Of a stretch of 64,000 bases of DNA, positions 33,465-43,100 are shown piece after piece. Below the pieces are notes generated by a model. The model saw nothing but the letters and a program-made list of their open reading frames with translations, did no database searches and had not been told where the DNA came from. The translations under genes and the position numbers were made by a program. Every line of letters begins with the position of its first letter. Position 1 is the stretch's first letter. The DNA is from Blastocatellia bacterium. Its GTDB lineage: Bacteria > Acidobacteriota > Blastocatellia > UBA7656. The DNA lies in the NCBI GenBank assembly GCA_963765495.1, contig CAVXWP010000001.1:672001-736000 (forward strand). The letters are read 5' to 3'.

Positions 33465-34703
33465 TCAGGCAGTGGCCGCAAAGCCCGAGATCACGCTTTC
33501 GAATTGAGCGAGGCGAGGCTCGATTACTACGGGCGGCCCAAGCTCGACGGCCTCCTGCGTCTTCAGCCCGTTGCCTGTGATGGCGATGACCGTCACTTCA
33601 TCGGGATTGATGCGCCCCTGCTCGATCAACTTTATGGTCACGGCGACCGTAACGCCCCCGGCGGTTTCCGTGAATATGCCTTCTGTCTCGGCCAGTAATC
33701 GGATGCCCGATCTGATCTCGTCATCGGAAACATCTTCGGCCCAGCCGCCGCTTTCGCTGATTACACCCGCAGCATAGTAACCATCCGCCGGGTTCCCAAT
33801 CGCGAGCGATTTTGCAATCGTCGCAGGCTTGACGGGGCGGATGTCGCGCGATTTGCGCTTGACGGCATCGGCTATGGGGTTGCACCCTGTTGCCTGCGCG
33901 CCGAAAATGCGCGTCTTTACTTCTTCTTCGAGAAGCCCGAGCCGTTCAAGCTCTTTCAGCCCCTTGTGAATCTTTGTGATGAGAGACCCCCCTGCCATCG
34001 GCACTACTACGTTTGCCGGGGCGCGCCAGCCTAGCTGCTCCGCTATCTCATAACCGAAGGTCTTGGAGCCTTCGCCGTAAAAAGGTCTGAGATTGACGTT
34101 GACAAATCCCCAGGGATGCCGCTCCGAAATCTGGGTGCAGAGACGGTTCACATCGTCGTAATTGCCGCGCACGGCCACGACTCGCGCTCCATAAATCGAG
34201 GTCGCGGTGATCTTGCTCTTTTCCAGATTTTCAGGGATGAGGATGTATGCGGGCAGACCGGCGGCGGCGGCGTTTGCTGCTACCGAGTTTGCCAGATTGC
34301 CGGTCGAAGCGCAGCCGACCGCTTCGAGCTTGAACTCCTTAGCTTTATTTATAGCGACTGCCGTGACCCGATCTTTGAAGGAAAGAGTGGGAGAGTTGAC
34401 GCTGTCGTTTTTGATGTAGAGACGCGAAAGGCCAAGCCGTTTAGCGAGGCGGTCGGCCCGCACGAGCGGAGTCCCGCCGCTTGTCTGGCCTACGACGGGT
34501 TCTGAGTCCAGAGGCAAAAGCTCGCGGTATCGCCAGAGTGAGGGCGGGCGCGAATAGATGACTTTGCGTGTCAGCGCGCGTCCAATCGCTTCGTAGTCGT
34601 AATCAATTTCCAGTGGCGCGAAACAATCCGCGCATCCGGCTGAAGGTTCTTTCGGGTAGCTGCGCCCGCATTCCCGGCATCTCAATCCGTTGACAAAACT
34701 CAT
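33465..34703 (-). CDS. threonine-synthase-like fold-type II PLP enzyme (possible O-phosphohomoserine sulfhydrylase)
   Basis: N-terminal CRECG...CADC Zn-ribbon, PTLSFKDR PLP lysine, CASTGNLA, ITGNGLKT. Directly upstream of the sulfur carrier and downstream of SAM riboswitches. Confidence 0.85.
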   Translation of the reverse strand: MSFVNGLRCRECGRSYPKEPSAGCADCFAPLEIDYDYEAIGRALTRKVIYSRPPSLWRYRELLPLDSEPVVGQTSGGTPLVRADRLAKRLGLSRLYIKNDSVNSPTLSFKDRVTAVAINKAKEFKLEAVGCASTGNLANSVAANAAAAGLPAYILIPENLEKSKITATSIYGARVVAVRGNYDDVNRLCTQISERHPWGFVNVNLRPFYGEGSKTFGYEIAEQLGWRAPANVVVPMAGGSLITKIHKGLKELERLGLLEEEVKTRIFGAQATGCNPIADAVKRKSRDIRPVKPATIAKSLAIGNPADGYYAAGVISESGGWAEDVSDDEIRSGIRLLAETEGIFTETAGGVTVAVTIKLIEQGRINPDEVTVIAITGNGLKTQEAVELGPPVVIEPRLAQFESVISGFAATA

Positions 34704-34793
34704 CTGGTTTCCCTCCTGTCTTAAGAGCCGCGCGGTTTCAAACGCCGCGCGGGTTAGGGCTACAGGTTAGAGCTACAGCCACGGGCAGCAGAG

Positions 34794-34830
34794 CAAAAGA
34801 AAAAGCCCCGCGCCAAACTAGCGCGGGGCC
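34794..34830 (-). terminator. intrinsic terminator of downstream riboswitch copy 2
   Basis: Minus strand GGCCCCGCGCtagtttgGCGCGGGGC followed by TTTTTCTTTT. Confidence 0.85.
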
Positions 34831-34849
34831 TGCTTTCAGTCTCCGGGCT

Positions 34850-34895
34850 GTTTAGCAGTTTTTTTCGTGGAGCAAGTAGCCTTAAATCGCCACGT
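34850..34895 (-). ncRNA. SAM-II-type riboswitch aptamer, copy 2
   Basis: Minus strand CGTGG CGATTTAA GGCTAC TTGCT CCACG AAAAAAA CTGCTAAAC: P1 helix, GAUUUAA, UUGC, A-rich linker, GCUAAA pseudoknot strand. Confidence 0.8.
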
Positions 34896-34905
34896 ATCTG
34901 ATTAA

Positions 34906-34945
34906 GAAAGAACAAAAGCCCCGCGCTAAACCAGCGCAGGGCTTT
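34906..34945 (-). terminator. intrinsic terminator of upstream riboswitch copy 1
   Basis: Minus strand AAAGCCCTGCGCTggtttAGCGCGGGGCTTTT GTTCTTTC. Confidence 0.8.
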
Positions 34946-34961
34946 CGAAAAACTCTCTCGC

Positions 34962-35009
34962 GGTTTAGCACATTTTTAACGTGGAGCAATTTGCATTAAA
35001 TCACCACGT
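34962..35009 (-). ncRNA. SAM-II-type riboswitch aptamer, copy 1
   Basis: Minus strand ACGTGG TGATTTAA TGCAAA TTGCT CCACGT TAAAAA TGTGCTAAACC, matching SAM-II architecture. Confidence 0.82.
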
Positions 35010-35025
35010 CCAGCTTCGAAGTCTC

Positions 35026-35054
35026 AGACTACACCTCTCGACTGACGATGTCAA
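35026..35054 (-). promoter_or_regulatory. sigma70-type promoter for the riboswitch-controlled operon
   Basis: TTGACA-N17-TAGTCT on the minus strand, just upstream of aptamer 1. Confidence 0.7.
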
Positions 35055-35059
35055 CAAGC

Positions 35060-37945
35060 TCACTGATTTTTTTGCGATTTTGTTTCTGCGCCCGCAAGCG
35101 CATCAAACCGTCGCTTTGTTTCATTTGACCAGCCGGGGATCAACTCTGTAACTGTGCCTTTGTCGTCTACGATAAACGACATCGGGACCGACACCTCTTC
35201 CGTAGCGTACAGCTTTTCGATAGCCGGAACTCCGCCTACATAAACCGGATAGCTGACGCCTTTCTGCGCGAGGAACCCCTTGATGTCAACACCCGACTCC
35301 GTATCGACGCTCAATCCGATCAGATCGATGCCGCGCGCCGTAAAGCGCGAGCGCAGCTTTTCAAGCTCGGGCATTTCGCGGGCGCAGGGCGCGCACCACG
35401 TAGCCCATACGTTGATGAGCAGACGGCGACCGGGGCGCAGTTGTTTGCGTAGAGTGGTCGCCCGCCCGTTCGCAGTCTTCAAAGCCAGATCGGGCGCGGG
35501 GCGGCCCACGGCTATTTTTAGTCCTCGGGCGAAGCTTTCAACTCGCGTCAATGGATCGGGCAGGTTCGCGCGTTTTAAGGCAAACGGTTCGGCGGTTCCC
35601 GCGCCCTCGCGCAGCAACAGGTTTGAGCCTGCTTTCGTTTCTGCCTCGAATCGTTCGGTCTTGCCGTTTGGCCATGTGACTTCTATCCACTCGGCGCGCT
35701 CGTCTCGGCCTAACCCGAAAAGCAATCGCGGGTCGTTTTGCGAGATGAAGCCTGAGCCGCCGCTCTTGATCTTTGTCAGCGTACCGGCTGATGTCTTCAC
35801 GCGCACCACTGCGCCGTAAGCATCGCGCCCTACATCCTTGCCGCCTTCGAGCGATATTCGCAAATAGTTGTTTGCCTGCCCTACGTTATTGCGAAAGAGC
35901 AGGTGCGAATCACCCTGAATGGTTGTGATGAAAACGTCGAGGTCCCCGTCATTATCGAAATCGGCGAAGACGCCTGCGCGACCGTCGCTGATCGAATCTA
36001 TGCCGGAGACGCCTGATACATCCAGGAATTTTTTTGTGCCGAGGTTGAGATAAAGCGGATCTCGTTCGTACCCGCTGAAGGAGAATCCCTGCTCGGAAAT
36101 CAATTGATTCTGATCATTGCGGAGCGCGCCTTTTTCTTTGCTTGAGTCATTTGTCTGCGTCACGACCTGACGCCAGAAATGACTTCAGGTGTCTTTCATC
36201 GACTTGCCCGAGATAAACCCGTTTGGCGAGTACAAATCTTCCCACCCGTCATTATCGAAATCAATAAAGCCGCCGCCCCAGGCCCACCCGCCTGAAAATC
36301 CGCCCACTTCCGATGTTACGTCGCGGTACTTTCCGTTGCCGAGATTTTCATAGAGGTTGTTGCCCGCGGCCAGTTTCTTCAGCACGTTGTCTTTCGAGCT
36401 CGAATTCGGAAAGAGCCGCGACAGAATGCGATTGCCCGCGGTCGAAGACATGTTTGTGGCGTGAAGATCGAGAAGACCGTCGTTGTTGTAATCCCCGAAT
36501 GCCACCCCCATGCCGTTGCCGGGGTCGAGCACTCCCCGCTCTTTCGCCTCGTCAACAAAGTGGTCGCCTTTGTTTATGTACATGGCTTTTTCGCCGAAGT
36601 CGTTTGCCACGTAAAGGTCGAGGCGACCGTCGCCGTTTGCGTCAAAGAACTCAGCCGCGTAACTCCACCGGCGGTCGTCAACCCCCCACTTCGCGGCCTC
36701 TTCGCGGAAGCGGCCTTCGCCCTGATTTATAAAGAGCAGATTGGGCGTGCCGTTCGTAGCGCGAAACCAGGAATCCGGCGTCACCTGTCCGTAACGGTTA
36801 TAACAGGATACGTAAATATCGGGGCGACCGTCGCCGTTCACGTCTCCGGCCACGGCGCTGAAGCCTATGCCCTGTATCGAAACCCCCGCTTCGAGCGAGA
36901 CATCCGAGAATTCGAGCTTGCCGTCGGGGACCATTCGATTTTCCAGGAGGATTTGCGAACCAACCGTCGAGATGAATATGTCTTCGTCACCGTCGCCGTC
37001 ATAGTCGAGCACAAGCGGCGCGACCCCGGTGGCCAGGCTCTTTACGCCCGCTTCGGTCGAAGCATCTCGGAAACGCCCGTGACCGTCATTCAAATACAGG
37101 TAATTTCGATCAGGCGCGGTCACAAACAGATCCATCCACCCGTCGCCGTTGAAATCAGAGGCCGCCGCTCCGTGCCAGATGAAGCCGTTGTTGCCCGCCG
37201 AGCCGTAAGAGGGAAGCGTGGCTGCTACGCCTGCGGGCGCGCTCACCTCAGAGAAAACATCCGTAGTTGCGACCATCGAATCGAGGCTCGCAAGTTCGAA
37301 TGAATCAAACTGCCATCTTCCTTTTGCCGCGCGTCGGGCGTTTACGTATGTGACGCCCCGCGCCCATTCGCGCTGGCCCTCGGTGTTGCGGCCTATCACA
37401 TAAAACGCGAGGCGGGCGCGACCCACAGGATTTGCCTCCTCAGGCGAATTCTTTGCATCAGCCGAGGCGGGCGGATTGAAATTAGCCTCTTTGACCTTGA
37501 AGCGAACATCTTCGATTTCGGCGAAGTGATCAAGAAATCCCGACCAGTCTTTAAGGAAACTTTCTTTCGTCATCGTGCGAAGCGCGGGTTTGCCCTCTTC
37601 GCCGTTTACTCCCCAGTCGCGCATGGCTATCCACTTGACCTGATTCTTGACAGGCAACGGCCGGGAAGGGAACGGGGCAGCCTGTAGCTTGTCGGAGAAG
37701 AATTCCGCAGTGCGCTCCGCGTTGCGATCCCGCGTTGCGACCGACAGTTCGAGCATATCGTTGGCGAGCGATTCGGATAAATCCTCGACCTGCTCAAGGC
37801 GTGTGATCTCGCCTGCGGGTGGCGATTTCTGTTCCTGCGCGCTTGCTTTGCGAGTGACCACTGCCGCAAGACAGAGCGAAAACGCGAGGCAAAGACACAA
37901 CAGCGCCCTGCCTGAACGCGATGAGAGCAACTTTAACAACTCCAT
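35060..37945 (-). CDS. secreted FG-GAP repeat / ASPIC-UnbV (CRTAC1-like) / TlpA-thioredoxin fusion, 961 aa, with predicted selenocysteine at codon 587 (TGA 36187-36185)
   Basis: ORFs 36185..37945 and 35060..36163 are in the same frame and separated only by TGA plus 7 sense codons (KDT*SHFWRQVV). Six DxxxDG repeats lie before the TGA and one after. WATWCAPC near the C-terminus. SECIS-like hairpin immediately 3' of the TGA. Confidence 0.78.
36145..36184 (-). promoter_or_regulatory. putative bacterial SECIS element
   Basis: AGUCAUUU-CU-G-GCGUCA-[GGUCG]-UGACGC-AG-AC-AAAUGACU: 8-bp lower stem, 6-bp upper stem, G-led apical loop 18 nt after UGA. Confidence 0.75.
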
Positions 37946-38001
37946 AAATTCAATCCTTTGATAGAGGGTCTTCTGAAGGGATTCGAGTCCGTAACACCCA
38001 A

Positions 38002-38030
38002 TTTATAGCTTTCGGGTTGCGCAAAATCAA
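38002..38030 (-). promoter_or_regulatory. putative sigma70 promoter of the FG-GAP selenoprotein gene
   Basis: TTGATT-N17-TATAAA on the minus strand. Confidence 0.5.
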
Positions 38031-38049
38031 GTCACTCTGCCTGAGCGTT

Positions 38050-38077
38050 TTGACAAAGCCGAGCGGCGAATTATAAT
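38050..38077 (+). promoter_or_regulatory. sigma70 promoter of the Tat-protein/amidase pair
   Basis: TTGACA-N16-TATAAT. Confidence 0.7.
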
Positions 38078-38106
38078 GGTCCGGCCAACTACCCCAAATA
38101 AGAGAG

Positions 38107-38481
38107 GTGGAATCAGTGAGCAAGCCATCTGAGAAAGATCAGCACAGAGAAGCCCGTCGAAACTTCGCAAAGACGCTGGCGGTCGTTGCCGCAACTCCGT
38201 TTGTGTCGCGCGCAGCCCCGGCTGAATCGGGACAACCAGTATCGGCCAGGGCTTTAGCTTTGCAAACTAAAGCACCTGAAAAGCATTCGCCGACAGCCGA
38301 GGCTCTGGGCGAGGCCGTGCGCTACCAGTACGGCAAGTACCTCGACGAAGATCAACTGGACAAAGTGAAGGGCAGCATAGATCGAGGGCTGCGCTCGGCT
38401 GAAAGGCTCAAACAGTTCAAGCTGAAAAACAGCGACGAACCGGCATTCACCTTCAGCGCCGATTTACCGTCAGCAAAATGA
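38107..38481 (+). CDS. small Tat-signal protein, probable amidase partner subunit (start may be GTG 38116)
   Basis: ARRNFAK twin-arginine-like motif plus hydrophobic stretch; C-terminal LKNSDEPAFTF; directly precedes an amidase. Confidence 0.65.
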   Translation: MESVSKPSEKDQHREARRNFAKTLAVVAATPFVSRAAPAESGQPVSARALALQTKAPEKHSPTAEALGEAVRYQYGKYLDEDQLDKVKGSIDRGLRSAERLKQFKLKNSDEPAFTFSADLPSAK

Positions 38482-38527
38482 GGCGCGCAAGCGCTCAAGC
38501 GTCACACTTACTTGAGGAGCGATTTTC

Positions 38528-39961
38528 ATGCAAAAAGGTATAACCGAAGACATACTCTACATGTCGGTGCGCGAGCTTGGCGCAATGATCCGCGCGCGGC
38601 GGCTTTCACCCGTGGCGCTCGCCGAAGCATATCTTGATCGCCTTGAAAGCTTCGGGCCAAAGCTTGGCGCAACCGTCACCATCACGCGCCAGATAGCCCT
38701 GGATCAAGCCCGCGCCGCCGAAGACGATTTGCAGCGCCGACGCTATCGGGGGCCTCTGCACGGAATCCCTTACGGCGTGAAAGATTTGCTTGCCACCAGA
38801 GGAACCGCTACTACGTGGGGCGCGACTCCTTACATAAATCAGGTATTTGACTACGACGCCACGGTCGTCAAGAAGTTGCAAAACGCGGGCGCGGTAATGG
38901 TCGCAAAACTCGCTATGGTAGAGCTTGCGGGCGGGTTCGGCTATAACAACCCCGACGCTTCTTTCACGGGGCCGGGCAGAACCCCCTGGAATAAAGACTA
39001 CTGGTCGGGTGGATCGTCATCCGGTCCGGGCGCGGCCACTGCGGCGGCTCTGGTAGCCTTTTCGATAGGTTCTGAAACATCAGGTTCGATCATCACGCCA
39101 TCGGCCTTTTGCGGCATATCTGGACTACGCCCGACATACGGGCGAGTGAGCCGCCACGGGGCTATGGCCTTAAGCTGGACGCTGGATAAGCTTGGACCCA
39201 TGTGCCGCACGGCAGAAGATTGCGGTCTTGTGCTTGCGGCCATCGCGGGGCGCGACCCGCTCGACCCGACAAGCGACCCCCGGCCTTTTACCTATCCCGA
39301 GCGCCCGCAGCCGGCGGCGCGTGGGCGGGCGCGGGGCAAGCGATTTCGCATAGGCGTGATCAAAGGGTCAGCCGACCACGTACAGCCCGAGGTGAAAAAG
39401 AATTTCGAAGATTCGATTGAGGTGCTGAGACGATTCGCCGATGTGGAAGATGCGGTAGAGTTTCCCGACATGCCTTTTGGCCCGGTCGTCGGCACTATTG
39501 TTGACGCGGAAGGCGCAAGCGCTTTTCGAGAACTCCTGGAGAACGGCGGCGCGCGCCAGTTGAAGGCGACCGCCGACCGATGGGACGGTTATTCGGGAAC
39601 GGCAGTGCTGGCCATAGATTATCTTCAGGCGATGCGAATACGCGGACCGATGAAGCTTGCTATGGATGAACTATACTCAAAGTACGACGCGCTCGTAGCG
39701 CCGTCACGCGCCACGGTTGCTTATCCGATAGGGGTTGATTTTGATAAAGCATACACAGGTGTGGGCGGCGGGCCTCCAGTGATCCCGGCGGGCAATGCCG
39801 TAGGCCAGCCGGCCCTCTCTGTGCCGAACGGGTTTGGTGAAAATAATTTGCCTACAGGGATTCAGTTCACAGGCCGTGCCTGGAGTGAAGCGCGACTTGT
39901 CCAGATAGCGAGCGCATATCAAGATGCGACCGAATGGCATAAGAAACGTCCGCCTGTTTGA
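38528..39961 (+). CDS. amidase signature family enzyme (GatA-like)
   Basis: GPLHGIPYGVKD, SGGSSSG, IGSETSGSI (Ser-cisSer-Lys triad region). Confidence 0.9.
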   Translation: MQKGITEDILYMSVRELGAMIRARRLSPVALAEAYLDRLESFGPKLGATVTITRQIALDQARAAEDDLQRRRYRGPLHGIPYGVKDLLATRGTATTWGATPYINQVFDYDATVVKKLQNAGAVMVAKLAMVELAGGFGYNNPDASFTGPGRTPWNKDYWSGGSSSGPGAATAAALVAFSIGSETSGSIITPSAFCGISGLRPTYGRVSRHGAMALSWTLDKLGPMCRTAEDCGLVLAAIAGRDPLDPTSDPRPFTYPERPQPAARGRARGKRFRIGVIKGSADHVQPEVKKNFEDSIEVLRRFADVEDAVEFPDMPFGPVVGTIVDAEGASAFRELLENGGARQLKATADRWDGYSGTAVLAIDYLQAMRIRGPMKLAMDELYSKYDALVAPSRATVAYPIGVDFDKAYTGVGGGPPVIPAGNAVGQPALSVPNGFGENNLPTGIQFTGRAWSEARLVQIASAYQDATEWHKKRPPV

Positions 39962-39995
39962 AAATAATCACAACCAAAACAGGACCGCTCAATTC

Positions 39996-40066
39996 CTTTG
40001 CGAACCTAGCGTCTTTGCAAGGGACAGGTTCACGCGCAAAGACGCTAAGGCGCATAGTTCGCAAAG
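39996..40066. repeat. palindromic REP-like element between convergent genes
   Basis: ctttgcgaac-ctagcgtctttgc ... gcaaagacgctaag ... gttcgcaaag. Confidence 0.7.
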
Positions 40067-40129
40067 CTTTTTTTATTCGGCAACCAAGAATTCTTTAACA
40101 CCTTTGCCGTTCTTTACCTCAATCGGGCA

Positions 40130-43100
40130 TTAGTGTGACGCGCACACGTCATTGCACACAAACGGCAGAGAGGCTACGCCGCCCGGTGCCGGGTTCTTCA
40201 CAATGATCGGTCCGGGCAATCCCCCGCATATATTCCCTTTGAGCAAAAGTTTGTTGAAGGAATTCGTATTGCTTTGAAAATCTCTGAATTTGATTTTCTT
40301 TGGTGCGGCCCCTCCGACTGTTGCCGTTGCTCCCTGCTTGAAATTGCTTCCAGTCACTGTGAGGATAAACGCGCCGGTCGACTTTCGATTGACCCTGCAC
40401 CCGTTGACGATGGCAATGTCGGGTGGGTTTCCGCCATTGCCGTTACCACCGGTCGTGCAGGTAAACGTCACCTGGATCCCTTGCTCGTTTCCAAGTATGT
40501 TGCACGTCTGTCCCGCTACCAACGCCGACAGGTTCCTGCTCGTCCCTCCTGGGCCTGTTACGAAGATTCGGAACACCTTCCCTGCGTTAGCACTCCCGAA
40601 GTTGAATAACGCATCTATCGTGTCGTTCTTCAAGATCGTGAATACCGTCGCCTGTACCACTGTCCCGTCTTCGGCTACTGCAAACACCGATGTCACTGCT
40701 CCCGGCGTCAGGAAGCACGATCCCACTATCAGGATGTCCTGTGGTACCGCACAATTCCCTGATGACGGCGACGCACTCAACACTACCGGTGCTCTCACGC
40801 CAAGGTTCACTGCGCACACCGACGTCCTCGTGAAGTCTCCAAACACATTGTTGTCTCCATCCGTGAACGTCGTTGTCACTATTACTTCCACTACTCCTCC
40901 ACAGCATCCCAGCGGGAAGGCCGTGCTCGTCGCTGCTGCTCCGGCTGATCCGAAACTCACGGTCGGGAAACTCGCCGTGATCAGGTTCTTGCTCACTGGC
41001 ACCACGTTTGCCAATACGATCGGCACTTCCGTCGTCCCGTCTCCCTTCACGTCGACTTCGCATACCGCCTCGACCGCTGTCGTCACTGTCTTTCCGGGTC
41101 GTACTATCGGTATTCCTGTCTCCGTTCCGATCCCAGAGCAGATCGTCGTCACTTCATTTGGCAGGAATCCACATCCGACTATCTCTACTCCTACTGCGCA
41201 GAGTCGGTCTACTATGTCTGTTCCTGCGTTCGGTGTCCCGGCTCCTGCCGGTACTACCACCAGATTGCAGGTCGGGTTGGGCGGCTCTCCGCATCCTACT
41301 CCGTAGAAGCACACCTTCCCTCGATTGTTCTCATCCTGACGCAGCGGCGTGCAGTCTCCGTTTCCTTCGAATCTCAGGTCAAATGACGGTTTGGCAAACG
41401 TCACCTGTCCCTGCGAATTCACCACTGCATCAACTCCTGTGTTGAACAACTCGTAGATCTCCGGCTCCGTCCCTTCTCCTATCAAGCACGGGCAGATCGC
41501 TCCCACCTGCGCCTGATCGCAATTCGGGATCACTCCAAAGTGGCCGTCGGGCTGTTCGACTTCTCTGGCCAGACACGACAGGTTTGACGCGCACAGTCCT
41601 GGCGGGTTCAACGGATCGCGGAACCCTATGGTGTAGCCCACAAGCACCGGGCGATCCTTCGTCCCTAGCAGGTCCATCCTGCAATACTCGAAGCAGAAGT
41701 TCCCGCTTCCCGGATTGCGCGGCGGGCATCCTACGATTGTCCCTGTAACCGGTTCCACCGTGTAGCGCAGGTCGGTCGGCCCTTCCTGTCGGTCGAACGG
41801 CACGGCGTTGTTGCCTATCGGGTTTGCAGGATTGAAGGCCTGCGCCTCGTTCTCGTCGCAGCCTGTTCCATCGTCATACAGCGTCACTGAGAACGTGTTC
41901 GACGACATACACTGCGCGAAGTTTACTTCGTCGACTCCGATCGTGCCGAACTCTGGCACGTTGATCCATCGAATCTTGAACGAGTTGATGTTGGCAAATC
42001 CCAGTGCCATCACAGGGAAGGTGCCAAAGTCTGGTCCCAATCCAAAGTCTGCCCCACGAGTGTCGGGGTTTAGGTCGACCCAGGCCGGAGCGATTCTCGG
42101 AGGACCGGCTCTGAATATCAGCACATTCGGGCTTGGCGTAGGATCGCCCTCGCCGAAAGTGATGTTGCCGTTTGAGTTCCAGAAGAAGGCGTTCCAGACA
42201 TCGACGCCGTCTGAATCGCAGTTGGCTCCGATTGTCGTCCCGCCACCAAAGCAGAACTCGAATCCGCCTTCAAGCGCCCCATCAAGGGAGGGGTCGCCTG
42301 ATCCGTCATTGTCATCGCCACGGAAGGGCGTGTTCTGATCGTCTCCTCCGGCTACCTGATGGCTCGGATCGAGATCTTCAAATATGATCGGCCCTGCGAA
42401 ATCATCATCGCCAAGCACGGTCTGGGTCACACCAAGCGGGCTCCCGTCTGCTAGCGGTATCGCAAACGGGCTTGTTCCCACAAGTCGGTTTGTCTGTCGA
42501 AGGAATCCAACTGCCAATCCACTCAAGCCAGTCGGCAGCAAATTCACCGTGTCTATCGGTGCTTGATAGTAGATGTGATCGAATCGATCCGAATCTCCAT
42601 CTCCTACATTCCCTCCACTGGCTGGCGGGTTCGGGAACGAGTTCCCTCGGTAGTCCACATAATCCGCTCGCCGATCCATCGGACACCAGTCGGGGAAGCA
42701 CAACACTTCTGTCACAAACGGCGAGGCTCCCGAGTCGGCTGCCGGCGCTCCTCCGCTTATCACATACACGGTTGACTCCTGGTTTACTGCTATCCCAGAG
42801 TGCGAGGAGAAGTCTATCTGCATATCTATATGCTGGGTTATGGGGATGTTGCCTGCCAGCGCGTTCGTTCCTATGCTCGGGAGGTCTGGTCCGTTGCCTA
42901 CGACGAAGACTCTCCAGTTGCCAAAATCGCCTCCCCCGTCTGCTCGCCCGTCTGCAATTGGAAGGATGCCGCCTACATTGGGATCAATCAAGGCCACGGC
43001 CTCTCCTGAGCACATGTCAAAGGCCCCGCCGCAGTCGGCGAAACTGATCACCATCGAAGGCAATCCGTCTGGGAAGGTTGAGGTGGCCTTGAATCTGCCC

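Noticed and set aside
36185-36187. TGA read as Trp or Gly under an alternative genetic code
   Set aside because: Many conserved genes here end at TGA at the expected length (leuA, ilvB, PII, leuC, leuD), so TGA is a normal stop and read-through must be site-specific.
38528-39961. Amidase as true gatA
   Set aside because: No gatB nearby, the motifs diverge (GSETSGSI), and the upstream partner carries a Tat-like leader.
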